Assembly: GCA_036405675.1 (NCBI GenBank)
Contig: DASWXD010000004.1
Span: 4,766-68,765 of the forward strand
DNA length: 64,000 nt
DNA from: Sediminibacterium sp.
GTDB taxonomy: Bacteria > Bacteroidota > Bacteroidia > Chitinophagales > Chitinophagaceae
Direction of reading: 5' to 3'
A program made the translations under genes and the position numbers. Of the stretch, positions 10,326 to 19,148 are shown piece after piece (the stretch's first letter is position 1; each line of letters starts with the position of its first letter). The notes beneath the pieces were generated by a model that was not told where the DNA came from, ran no database searches, and saw nothing but the letters and a program-made list of their open reading frames with translations.

Positions 10326-10352
10326 AAAAGCAGCGAATGGTTCGCTGCTTTT
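10326..10352. terminator. Hairpin with A/T tails, likely terminator of the NTF2-family gene
   Basis: AAAAGCAGCGAA-tgg-TTCGCTGCTTTT. Confidence 0.7.
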
Positions 10353-10369
10353 CTCAACTGCATCCCTCA

Positions 10370-10849
10370 TCAATGATCGTAAGTAATGAGCCTTTTGATC
10401 TTCCAGCCCGCTTTTGTCTTCTCCCATACATGCATGAACTTGAATGTTCCTTTTTCCAGCTTCCCGTTTTCTACATGGCTGAACGTGTGCAGGCCGGATT
10501 GTATGGCCCCGAAATCTTTGATGGGATATACTTCCATACTGCCTTTCACCAGCTCGCGGGTAAGTATGTATTCGCGGGAGAATAATCCTTTAAAAGCATC
10601 CATGGCCTGTTCGTAATTACGAACCCCCACATTATCCTGGTACAATTCCAGATCGGTTGAAAAATAGGTTCGCAGACTGGTCAGGTCTCTTGTGTTAAAC
10701 GCAGTAAAAAGCAGGCTGTCCATGCTGTACAGCTCACTATACAGTGCACCGTGACCAGGTTGCTGATGGGATGTTTGTGCAGCGCCTTTGGCGATCAGTG
10801 AAAAAAGCAGGCAACAGATGAGTAGTATGCGGGTTAAGGAGGGAGGCAT
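10370..10849 (-). CDS. Nuclear transport factor 2 / DUF4440 family secreted protein
   Basis: Signal peptide; DSLLFTAFN, FSTDLELYQDNVG, FMHVW...WKIKRLITYDH. Confidence 0.8.
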   Translation of the reverse strand: MPPSLTRILLICCLLFSLIAKGAAQTSHQQPGHGALYSELYSMDSLLFTAFNTRDLTSLRTYFSTDLELYQDNVGVRNYEQAMDAFKGLFSREYILTRELVKGSMEVYPIKDFGAIQSGLHTFSHVENGKLEKGTFKFMHVWEKTKAGWKIKRLITYDH

Positions 10850-10853
10850 GGGC

Positions 10854-10893
10854 GGTTAGTAATTAATAATTAATAGTTAATAGTTACTAGTTG
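10854..10893. repeat. Single arm of tandem AGTTAAT-type heptamers (family C)
   Basis: GGTTAGT AATTAAT AATTAAT AGTTAAT AGTTACT AGTT. Confidence 0.7.
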
Positions 10894-10901
10894 GGGGATG
10901 T

Positions 10902-11288
10902 TTAGTCTACGGTGAGGCGGCGTTTGATGCCTTCGCCGAGTTGTTTGATGCGGAAATAGGAATCGTAATCATTTTCCGTTTTATTGAACTGGATCAGGAG
11001 TTTGCCGGGACTGATCTTGATATGAAAATGGGTACGGTCTTCGAGGGTCAGGTCTGCGTCTACCCTTCTTTTGCGGAACAGCTCGTTCTTGAGTTCTTTG
11101 CGCAGGTACTGGTGCACCCTTTCGGCTTTGTAACTGGCATAACTTGCATACAAACGATACGTGTCATCCGATTCTTTTACACGAACAGATACGCCATTGC
11201 GGTTACTGAACCCGTATTGCACCGCCTGCAAAAAACCGACGATACATAACACAGATATAATCACCAGGGCAATCACAAACTTTTTCAT
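10902..11288 (-). CDS. Hypothetical membrane-anchored protein
   Basis: MKKFVIALVIISVLCIVGFL N-terminal TM segment; ATG at 11288. Confidence 0.7.
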   Translation of the reverse strand: MKKFVIALVIISVLCIVGFLQAVQYGFSNRNGVSVRVKESDDTYRLYASYASYKAERVHQYLRKELKNELFRKRRVDADLTLEDRTHFHIKISPGKLLIQFNKTENDYDSYFRIKQLGEGIKRRLTVD

Positions 11289-11331
11289 AGAACAGGTTTT
11301 ACAGGTGGATAGTATGTTTTTTTGCGATTTT

Positions 11332-12159
11332 TTAGCGGAATGCCGGTGCCACACAATACGCATGACTGGAACCACAGACCACAAATACTTTTTCTCCCTT
11401 AGCTGTCAGCTCTTTTACAGCGGCCACTAATTGCTGATTACGCAGATCGTTCGAAAAAGCCATCAGGGGTGCCAGAAAACCGGGCAGGGTGTGTTCATCA
11501 GATACTTCGCGCCAGTCCGGACCGGAAGGGAAATATTTTTTCCAGTACCTATCTACATCAGCAACGTTTTTGATACTGTCCTGCAGGTTCACATAAGCGG
11601 CGCGTTTGAGATATTCCTCTACAAAATTTTCCGGTGAAGCGGGTTTGCCAAAACGGAGATTACTGAAATAAGGATTCAGGATCTGTTGTAAAGCGATCTG
11701 GTCTTTTGTAAATTTTTCCCCTTCCAGCTGTTGGGCCAGCGCTTCTTTGGAAAGATCCCAGTTATAGATCCTGATCCCATCGCGGTGAGCAAGGTGTTTA
11801 ACCGCTCCGCCCTCGCCCAGCGTTTTTACCGGATCCATCAATCCCGGAAATAAAAATCCCAATCTCCCTTCTACCAGTGCCACCGTGGGTTGCAAGCGTT
11901 TCCATTCCGCTTCCATTTGTTTGATCTCAGGTGCATCGGGGTTGCGTGTATGGGCGGCACCGAATATGACCAGACCGGGTTGGGTAACGATCATCGGTCT
12001 TGGATGTTCACCGGTATAACTGCCGAATAAAACAATACTGTCCGAAGGGTTATAGGCTTTTTGCGGAAGATAATACGCGGGTGATTTCCAGGATACGAGG
12101 TACCCAATGGCTAGCAGTATCACCAGTAATAAAAGCAGTCTCGGAAAATATTTTTTCAT
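11332..12159 (-). CDS. Hypothetical exported protein, possibly TraB/GumN (TIKI/EreA/ChaN-like) superfamily
   Basis: N-terminal TM; FGAAH, ALVEG, RNQQL, VVCGSSHA motif spacing; ATG at 12159. Confidence 0.6.
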   Translation of the reverse strand: MKKYFPRLLLLLVILLAIGYLVSWKSPAYYLPQKAYNPSDSIVLFGSYTGEHPRPMIVTQPGLVIFGAAHTRNPDAPEIKQMEAEWKRLQPTVALVEGRLGFLFPGLMDPVKTLGEGGAVKHLAHRDGIRIYNWDLSKEALAQQLEGEKFTKDQIALQQILNPYFSNLRFGKPASPENFVEEYLKRAAYVNLQDSIKNVADVDRYWKKYFPSGPDWREVSDEHTLPGFLAPLMAFSNDLRNQQLVAAVKELTAKGEKVFVVCGSSHAYCVAPAFR

Positions 12160-12320
12160 ACGGTATATGCATGAGATCCCGGGCAAGCAGTTAATACGAT
12201 TGCGGTTCCGGGAATGAATAATAGTAAGATGCTGTTGAATGAATGCCAGTGGGGGAATTGAAAGGGAGAACCCCATCCTGTGAGCAAGACAGGGTTCTTG
12301 AATCCCAACTTCAACCGAGT

Positions 12321-14543
12321 TTATAAAGCCATCTGCATCAATGCCAGTCTGGACAGTTCAGAAGCTGGGGGCAGGTGCTCATCAGATTCTGGTGCTTTAG
12401 GGGCATCGGGTGCTTTATTTGCATTAGGTGCTGTAAGAGAAGCCGCTGTTTTCTGGTAACGATACTTGGTTGTATCAACCGGTTTGTCCAGTTCCTTTTT
12501 CAGCTCTTCCGCTTCTTTTTGTTTCTTTTCGTATTCTTTTTTCAGTTCTTCTTTGCTCTTCTTGTATTTCTCTACAGCGTCATCACTGTTCTCATCGTTA
12601 TTGCTGTCGTCTTCTTTTTTGTCTACACGCTCCAGTCCACCGGGAGTCATCACATATTCCACATCAGAACTCCACCAGTAGTCATTGTTCCAGTCCTCAT
12701 CAAAATCCCAGTCATTACGTCCGGCATTGATATGGAAAGAATTCAGTCTGCGCGATACAGATCCTTTGATCACAATCCTTTTACCCACCGGCACCTGCAG
12801 GTTCACGGTCACACTCTGGTTACGGAAACGGGTACCACGCTGCAGAGAGAAACCACGATCGAGGTAAATCAGGCTATCCTGCTGACTCACACCATAACTG
12901 ATTTCTTTTACATTACGCAGGGCAGCATTTTCGTCCGGACCGTTGCTGTATTTATAAGAACCTATATGAAATAACGAGTCATTACTTTTTACGATACGCA
13001 GGCGAACATTGTTCAGGAACAGGCTGTCATCGCTCATGCTCAGGATCCCGTCCATTCTCCACCAGCGGCCATATACTTTCACTTTGCTGTCGGGTACATT
13101 CACGATCAGTTTACCGTTACTGGGCTGTACAATGGTGTAATCCTGTTTGTCGCGGGCCCTTGCATCAAAATTGCGGGCAATAGAAGCGGCCAGTATACCA
13201 CCGCAAACCAGGCCAATGAACCAGAGACCACCGAAAGTGAATCCCAGGTATTTATTACCTGATTTTACACCCATGATTCTCCGGATGATCCAGGTAACAA
13301 AAGCTACTACCGGTATACCGAGGAATAAGAGCAGGGTTGACCATGCGAGGAAGTTCTGCCAGAATCCTTCGAGGAAGAAATTCTTTAAAGGAAATACACC
13401 TACGCCGGCTACCATCAGGGCTAATAAAGCCACCAGCAGCGCAAAAGCGATAATACCGGCGATAAACAGGAAGAAAGCTTTGAACATGATGCCGATAGCG
13501 CGGCCGATGCGGCTACCACCTCTTTTAATGGCTGAGCCCGCTTCGGTTCCAAACTGCTGGCCTTTCTGGCCTACGGTGCTGCCGAATTCCTGGCCAAACT
13601 GTTGGGCTTTGTCTTTAAACTCACCACCCCATTTTTCGGCGCGTGATTTAAAACCTTCAAGGTCTTCCTGGATCGTGTTCTTGATGGTATTCAGGTCTAC
13701 TTTCTCACCACGCATTTCCAGTTTCTCCGAAGCGCTTTTGGCTTCAGGTATCACGGCCCACAATACGGCATACACAATAAAGAGGGTACCGCCGAAAGAA
13801 CCGAAGAGGATGCTGGGGAAAGGATCCACATCAAACCACATGATACCTCTGAAGATAGAGTTAATGATACCGAGTACCAGTGGCAAAGCAAAGATCAGAC
13901 GGGGTATCCATACTGCGATATCAAAATAAGAAGCGATACCACTGGCAACACCGGCCACCACTTTTTCTTCGGGGTTACGGTACAAACGTTTGGTAGAGGT
14001 AGTATGAATCAGTGATTTGGATGGCAGGATGATCCATAATAAGATATAGAGAAGGATCCCGGTTCCGGCACCAAAGCTGATCACGGCAAATACCAGACGA
14101 ACGATGGTAGGGTCTACACGTAAGTAACTCGCCAGACCACCGCACACACCACCCAGGATCTTGTCGTTCTCATCGCGGTATAAACGGCCGCGGGGAGTTT
14201 CTGTTTCGGCTGTGTGGAAACCGGATTTACTGCTGTTGCTGCTTTCTTCTCCGCCCAGCTGCGATTTTACTTTGCCTTCTTCGCCTTCGAAGTCTTCGGG
14301 GCGACCCATGCTTTCGATGATCTGGTTCACATCTGCATCAGTAATGCAGGTGCTGCCTTTTTTCAGGGTCTCACCAAACAGTTCAGCAATACGGCCCTCG
14401 ATATCATTGATGATCTCATCACGTCCCTCCTCATCTGCAAAGAACCTGCGCAAACTTTCTACATACTGCTTCAGCATGTCGTAGGCAGCTTCCTCAATGG
14501 GAATTACCCTGCCCTGAAAGTTTATATTAATTACCTTTTTCAT
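12321..14543 (-). CDS. pspC: PspC domain-containing membrane protein
   Basis: MKKVININFQG N-terminus; two PspC repeats (RLYRDENDKILGGVCGGLA, RLYRNPEEKVVAGVASGIA); TM region and C-terminal extracytoplasmic domain. Confidence 0.9.
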   Translation of the reverse strand: MKKVININFQGRVIPIEEAAYDMLKQYVESLRRFFADEEGRDEIINDIEGRIAELFGETLKKGSTCITDADVNQIIESMGRPEDFEGEEGKVKSQLGGEESSNSSKSGFHTAETETPRGRLYRDENDKILGGVCGGLASYLRVDPTIVRLVFAVISFGAGTGILLYILLWIILPSKSLIHTTSTKRLYRNPEEKVVAGVASGIASYFDIAVWIPRLIFALPLVLGIINSIFRGIMWFDVDPFPSILFGSFGGTLFIVYAVLWAVIPEAKSASEKLEMRGEKVDLNTIKNTIQEDLEGFKSRAEKWGGEFKDKAQQFGQEFGSTVGQKGQQFGTEAGSAIKRGGSRIGRAIGIMFKAFFLFIAGIIAFALLVALLALMVAGVGVFPLKNFFLEGFWQNFLAWSTLLLFLGIPVVAFVTWIIRRIMGVKSGNKYLGFTFGGLWFIGLVCGGILAASIARNFDARARDKQDYTIVQPSNGKLIVNVPDSKVKVYGRWWRMDGILSMSDDSLFLNNVRLRIVKSNDSLFHIGSYKYSNGPDENAALRNVKEISYGVSQQDSLIYLDRGFSLQRGTRFRNQSVTVNLQVPVGKRIVIKGSVSRRLNSFHINAGRNDWDFDEDWNNDYWWSSDVEYVMTPGGLERVDKKEDDSNNDENSDDAVEKYKKSKEELKKEYEKKQKEAEELKKELDKPVDTTKYRYQKTAASLTAPNANKAPDAPKAPESDEHLPPASELSRLALMQMAL

Positions 14544-14565
14544 GTCAGTTCAATTTTATGGTTGG

Positions 14566-14931
14566 TTAAGGTTGGGATTGGTTGGTTTCGGATGATGGGT
14601 TTTCTACAGGTTGTGTCAAAGCATGAACAGCATCCGCCAGTTCCTGCCAGGTTCTTTCCAGTTCGCCGTAGAATTCGAGGCCCTTATCGGTCATCACGAA
14701 ATATTTACGGGGCGGTCCGCTATTGCTTTCTACCCAGCGGTAAGTTAGCAAACCTGCATTTTTTAATCGGGTAAGCAATGGATAGAGGGTACCCTCCAGG
14801 ATGTGGAGGTTGGCTGCTTTCATCCGCTCTACCAGGTCGGAAGGATATACCTCGCCCTGGCGAATGATGGATAAAATACAAAACTCCAATACGCCCTTTC
14901 GCATCTGACTTTGTGTGTTCTGAATGTCCAT
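14566..14931 (-). CDS. PadR family transcriptional regulator
   Basis: QMRKGVLEFCIL, EGTLYPLLTRL, GPPRKYF. Confidence 0.93.
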   Translation of the reverse strand: MDIQNTQSQMRKGVLEFCILSIIRQGEVYPSDLVERMKAANLHILEGTLYPLLTRLKNAGLLTYRWVESNSGPPRKYFVMTDKGLEFYGELERTWQELADAVHALTQPVENPSSETNQSQP

Positions 14932-15012
14932 AACCGGCGTTTTTGTCCTGCCGCTTTCCTTTGAAAATGGCAGGCGTTGTGATTGAATGATAGGTTTTCG
15001 AGCGGGCTTTGT

Positions 15013-15204
15013 TTATGCCAAATGCCTTCTAACGATTCTTGTTCTGCGGCTACGTTCCAGGTTCCAGAGGTCAACCATTCCAAAACTGGATTTGGGGTTT
15101 ACCTGGGCAACATGGGTAGCTACGGTTTCTTTTACTTCTTTCACTAAGTTATTCAACTGGTTTTCGCCAAGTGTCTGAAAGAAGAAGTTGTTTTGCGTTT
15201 TCAT
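15013..15204 (-). CDS. Small hypothetical protein (63 aa) upstream of padR
   Basis: ATG at 15204 with A-rich leader; MKTQNNFFFQ...VDLWNLERSRRTR. Confidence 0.55.
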   Translation of the reverse strand: MKTQNNFFFQTLGENQLNNLVKEVKETVATHVAQVNPKSSFGMVDLWNLERSRRTRIVRRHLA

Positions 15205-15311
15205 GATTTCTTTATTTAGAATGTTTTTAATTTTTTCAAGGTGGAGGAGAATCTCTCTTTGGGGATTCTCCCGGTTCATTCCCTTTGACAACACAAAGAT
15301 GTGCATTTATT

Positions 15312-15336
15312 TGGTACTATGCAACACATAGTACCA
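15312..15336. promoter_or_regulatory. Perfect inverted repeat, candidate PadR operator
   Basis: TGGTACTATG-caaca-CATAGTACCA upstream of the smallORF-padR-pspC unit. Confidence 0.6.
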
Positions 15337-15487
15337 GTTTTTTTCAAGTAATAGGTAGCGGACAATAACTGGCTTACTATAAATTATTGATTTACAGATG
15401 GATATGAAAAATTCAAAAAATATCGAAATGGTAGACGGTTCTATTTATTGATGAGTGGCGGCAGTCTAAAAATCTCAAAAAATATTT

Positions 15488-15549
15488 ATCGTATTTGTAC
15501 GATTAATCAGAAAATCTTCTTTTCTTTGTTCTATCGTACAAAAACGATA
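15488..15549. promoter_or_regulatory. Two ATCGT-N6-ACGAT palindromes, candidate ArsR operators
   Basis: ATCGTatttgtACGAT at 15488-15503 and TATCGTacaaaaACGATA at 15532-15549, just before the arsR ATG. Confidence 0.65.
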
Positions 15550-15554
15550 AACCA

Positions 15555-15890
15555 ATGGCATCCGCTAAAACAGAGATATTTACACAGGAAGATCAGGACC
15601 TGGCAGCCATCGCCAAAGTGCTTTCGCACCCGGCCCGTGTTGCCATTTTAAAGATCCTTGCCGCGCAAAACGCTTGTATCTGCGGCGAGATCGTAGACAT
15701 ATTACCCCTGGCACAATCCACCGTTTCGCAGCATTTAAAAGAATTAAAGAACGCCGGCCTCATTAAAGGAACCATCGACGGACCCAAAAGCTGTTACTGC
15801 ATCAACCGCGAAGCATTTGAAAAACTGCACGGGGTCTTTGACTCTCTTTTTACATCGCTGAAAACGGATAACGCCACCAACTGTTGTTAA
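15555..15890 (+). CDS. arsR: ArsR/SmtB family repressor
   Basis: LSHPARVAIL, ACICGEI, AQSTVSQHLKELK, C-terminal CC. Confidence 0.93.
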   Translation: MASAKTEIFTQEDQDLAAIAKVLSHPARVAILKILAAQNACICGEIVDILPLAQSTVSQHLKELKNAGLIKGTIDGPKSCYCINREAFEKLHGVFDSLFTSLKTDNATNCC

Positions 15891-15968
15891 CAAACGCGCC
15901 TCTGCACTCTTACAGAATGCGTTCTGTTGAAGTGCAAAGGCGTTATTACAAACCATAAAAAATATATT

Positions 15969-16820
15969 ATGCAAACCGAACAGGAATTAAAAGCATTGGT
16001 AAAAGAAAAGTACGGCGAGATCGCTGATCAATCGCGCACACAGAACCTGTCTTCCTGCTGCGGCTCCGGCTGCTGCAGCGATGAAGTGTATAACCTGATG
16101 GCTGATGATTATTCGCAACTGCAGGGTTATAACGCAGATGCGGATCTGGGCCTCGGCTGTGGTTTACCTACGCAATTTGCGCAGATCAAAAAAGGAGATG
16201 TGGTGATCGACCTTGGCAGTGGTGCCGGCAACGATTGTTTTGTAGCCCGTGCCGCCACCGGCGAAACAGGGAAAGTGATCGGCATCGATTTCACAGAAAA
16301 AATGATTGAGAAAGCGAGAGCCAACGCAGAGAAACTCGGTTATCACAATGTGGAATTCCGTTTTGGAGATATCGAACACATGCCCGTATCGGCCAATGTA
16401 GCCGATGTGGTAGTGAGTAACTGTGTACTCAACCTCGTTCCCAATAAATTCAATGTATTAAAAGAAGTATACCGCATATTAAAACCCGGCGGCCATTTCA
16501 GCATTTCTGATATTGTACTCGAAGGAGAACTGCCTGCCCCATTAAAACAAGCCGCTGAAATGTATGCGGGCTGTGTATCCGGTGCTATTCAGAAACAGGT
16601 ATATCTGGAACTGATCAACACCACCGGTTTTACCAATATCACCGTACAGAAAGAAAAACTGATCAATATCCCGGATGATATTCTCAGTAACTATATCAGC
16701 CAGGAAGAGATCGCCGCTTTCCGTAACAGTAATATGGGCATTTACAGCGTAACCGTATATGCCGAAAAACCTGTGGAGAAAGAAGCCTGCTGTGTACCCG
16801 GTTCCGGCTGCTGTAATTAA
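15969..16820 (+). CDS. arsM: Arsenite S-adenosylmethionine methyltransferase
   Basis: LGLGCG, VIDLGSGAGND, VVVSNCVLNL, AEMYAGCVSGA; ATG at 15969. Confidence 0.93.
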   Translation: MQTEQELKALVKEKYGEIADQSRTQNLSSCCGSGCCSDEVYNLMADDYSQLQGYNADADLGLGCGLPTQFAQIKKGDVVIDLGSGAGNDCFVARAATGETGKVIGIDFTEKMIEKARANAEKLGYHNVEFRFGDIEHMPVSANVADVVVSNCVLNLVPNKFNVLKEVYRILKPGGHFSISDIVLEGELPAPLKQAAEMYAGCVSGAIQKQVYLELINTTGFTNITVQKEKLINIPDDILSNYISQEEIAAFRNSNMGIYSVTVYAEKPVEKEACCVPGSGCCN

Positions 16821-16830
16821 TATCAACCCG

Positions 16831-16878
16831 CGCCTTAGCGCCTTTACGGGAAAATTTTCCCGCAAAGGCGCTAAGGCG
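16831..16878. repeat. 48-bp near-perfect palindrome with AAAGGCGC/TAAGGCG octamer arms (family G)
   Basis: CGCCTTAGCGCCTTT-a-CGGGAAAA|TTTTCCCG-c-AAAGGCGCTAAGGCG, one mismatch, between arsM and arsN. Confidence 0.85.
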
Positions 16879-16896
16879 TAAACATAAATTTGTTGT

Positions 16897-17379
16897 ATGC
16901 TTATTACCAAACTCCTTCCCGAACATTGGGAAGCTGTGAAAACCATTTATGAGGAAGGCATTGCCACCGGTAATGCTACTTTTCAAACCACGGCACCATC
17001 CTGGGAAGAATGGGATGCGGCACATAGTAAAAAACCCAGACTGGTTGCTGTTGAAAACGATACCGTTTTGGGCTGGGCCGCCATCACACCCGTTAGTGGC
17101 CGATGTGTGTATGCCGGTGTGGGCGAAGTCAGTGTGTACGTAAGTGCAGCTGCCCGCGGCAAAGGAGTGGGTAAACAACTACTGCAGGCACTCATCACGG
17201 AAAGTGAAAAAGAAAACCTGTGGACCCTGCAGGCAGGTGTGTTCCCGGAGAATGAAGCCAGTCTCGCTATTCATAAAGCCTGCGGTTTCCGCATCGTAGG
17301 CACCCGTGAAAAAATCGGTAAAATGAATGGTATTTGGAGAGATACCGTGTTATTGGAAAAAAGAAGTGCTCACGTATAA
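16897..17379 (+). CDS. arsN: GNAT acetyltransferase, phosphinothricin/arsinothricin N-acetyltransferase type (ArsN1-like)
   Basis: IYEEGIATGNATFQT, VSGRCVYAGVGEVSVYV, RGKGVGKQLL, ASLAIHKACGFRIVG; inside the ars operon. Confidence 0.82.
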   Translation: MLITKLLPEHWEAVKTIYEEGIATGNATFQTTAPSWEEWDAAHSKKPRLVAVENDTVLGWAAITPVSGRCVYAGVGEVSVYVSAAARGKGVGKQLLQALITESEKENLWTLQAGVFPENEASLAIHKACGFRIVGTREKIGKMNGIWRDTVLLEKRSAHV

Positions 17380-17388
17380 TTGAATCAA

Positions 17389-18468
17389 ATGTCTGCCAAC
17401 AACTGCGCCCCGGCTCACGAAAGAAAAAAACTCAGTTTCCTCGACCGCTATCTCACCTTATGGATCTTTCTGGCCATGGCGATCGGGGTAGGCATCGGTT
17501 ATTTGTTTCCTTCCTCTGCTGGTTTTATCAATCAGTTTTCCAGTGGCACTACGAATATTCCACTGGCAGTTGGTTTGATCCTGATGATGTATCCTCCCCT
17601 CGCCAAAGTGCGTTATGAAAAAATGCACGAAGTATTTACCAATACCAAAGTGCTGGGTGCCTCGCTATTGCTGAACTGGATCATTGGACCCATTGTGATG
17701 TTTCTGCTGGCCATTGTTTTTTTACAGGGCTATCCGGAATACATGATCGGTCTCATTCTCATCGGCCTCGCCCGTTGTATTGCGATGGTAGTAGTATGGA
17801 ACGAACTGGCAGAAGGAAACCGCGAATATGCCGCAGGACTGGTAGCATTGAACAGTATTTTCCAGGTATTATTATACAGCGTGTATGCCTGGCTCTTTAT
17901 TACCATTTTGCCACCCCTGTTCGGCATCAAAGGACTCGAAGTGAATATCACCATCGGCATGATTGCAGAATCAGTCGCTATTTATCTCGGTATTCCTTTT
18001 GCAGCCGGTGTGATCAGTCGGTACACACTGATCCGTCTCAAAGGCGAAGAATGGTTTCAGCAGAAATTTGTTCCCTTTATCTCACCCATTACACTGATCG
18101 CACTTTTATTTACGATCCTCGTCATGTTCAGTTTAAAAGGGGAACTTATTGTTCGCATACCGATGGATGTTGTAAGAATTGCTATCCCGCTGGTGATCTA
18201 TTTTATCCTGATGTTTCTCTCCAGCTTTTTTGTTGCCAAAACATTGGGTGCCGATTATGCCAAAAACGCCGCCGTTTCTTTTACTGCAACGGGCAATAAT
18301 TTTGAACTCGCTATTGCCGTAGCCATTGGTGTATTCGGCATTAATTCCGGACAAGCATTTGCAGGTGTCATCGGCCCACTGGTAGAAGTACCGGCACTCA
18401 TCGCTTTGGTGAATGTGGCTTTCTGGCTGCAGAGAAAATATTATACGAAACCGCTTACGAACTCATAA
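17389..18468 (+). CDS. acr3: ACR3 family arsenite efflux transporter
   Basis: [43 protein letters not shown]. Confidence 0.96.
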   Translation: MSANNCAPAHERKKLSFLDRYLTLWIFLAMAIGVGIGYLFPSSAGFINQFSSGTTNIPLAVGLILMMYPPLAKVRYEKMHEVFTNTKVLGASLLLNWIIGPIVMFLLAIVFLQGYPEYMIGLILIGLARCIAMVVVWNELAEGNREYAAGLVALNSIFQVLLYSVYAWLFITILPPLFGIKGLEVNITIGMIAESVAIYLGIPFAAGVISRYTLIRLKGEEWFQQKFVPFISPITLIALLFTILVMFSLKGELIVRIPMDVVRIAIPLVIYFILMFLSSFFVAKTLGADYAKNAAVSFTATGNNFELAIAVAIGVFGINSGQAFAGVIGPLVEVPALIALVNVAFWLQRKYYTKPLTNS

Positions 18469-18537
18469 CATCTTGCGCTATTGAAATCAATCACCCTATT
18501 ATTCGGGATTACATGTCGCTCACGGCCGCTGGGCCCC

Positions 18538-18644
18538 GTGCCTGTTACCGGGCTGCTTTGGCTTCTGATCAGATCTGCTTCGCATGATCTGATCTGTCTG
18601 TGCTTCGCTCGACACCGAACCCAAAGAGGCCCGTCCACAGGCAC
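18538..18644. repeat. Branched (Y/T-shaped) palindromic element
   Basis: GTGCCTGT/ACAGGCAC, CGGGC/GCCCG and CTTTGG/CCAAAG form a stem closing two hairpins with GC-TTC-GC loops. Confidence 0.75.
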
Positions 18645-18749
18645 TGATTAGAAATAATTCATCGATCACCTTACAATAGCAGTTTTTTTAATCATACCGA
18701 TTTAGAAGTATCGAATACACAAAATCTCAACTCATAACAATCATCATCT

Positions 18750-19148
18750 ATGTCAGTCAAAAAGAAAGTATTATTTGTTTGTGTAGAGAACAGTAACCGC
18801 AGCCAGATGAGCCAGGCTTTTGCCATCCTGCATGGCGGTGATACGGTGGAAGCCTATAGCGCCGGCAGTAAACCCAGTGGTATCGTTAACCCCAAAGCCA
18901 TTGCCGCCATGAAAGAACTGGGGTACGATCTCAGTACACACGATAGTAAATCATTACAGGAAGTAGAACAATATGCGCCTTTTGATGCTGTGGTAACCAT
19001 GGGCTGTGGCGACGCCTGTCCGTGGATGCCTGCCAAACAGTTTATCGACTGGCAGATCCCCGATCCCAAACACATGGAGCCTGCTGCATTTAATGAAGTG
19101 CGTGATTATATCAGTGAAAAAGTAAAGGAATTGCTGAAAACCTTATGA
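18750..19148 (+). CDS. arsC: Arsenate reductase, LMW-PTP (thioredoxin-coupled) family
   Basis: LFVCVENSNRSQM P-loop, VVTMGCGDACP, WQIPDP. Confidence 0.92.
   Translation: MSVKKKVLFVCVENSNRSQMSQAFAILHGGDTVEAYSAGSKPSGIVNPKAIAAMKELGYDLSTHDSKSLQEVEQYAPFDAVVTMGCGDACPWMPAKQFIDWQIPDPKHMEPAAFNEVRDYISEKVKELLKTL

Noticed and set aside
10268-10369. Glycine riboswitch upstream of gcvT
   Set aside because: The gap is about 100 bp, contains only a terminator-like hairpin and lacks the GGAGA/CAGG...CUCU aptamer motifs.
14214-14774. Long antisense ORFs (e.g. 14214-14774, 13147-13929, 43612-44340, 49664-50359, 56126-56968)
   Set aside because: They are shadows of well-supported genes on the opposite strand and have no recognisable motifs.
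15400-19148. ars operon as a mobile island
   Set aside because: No transposase, integrase, direct repeats or evident compositional shift at its edges.
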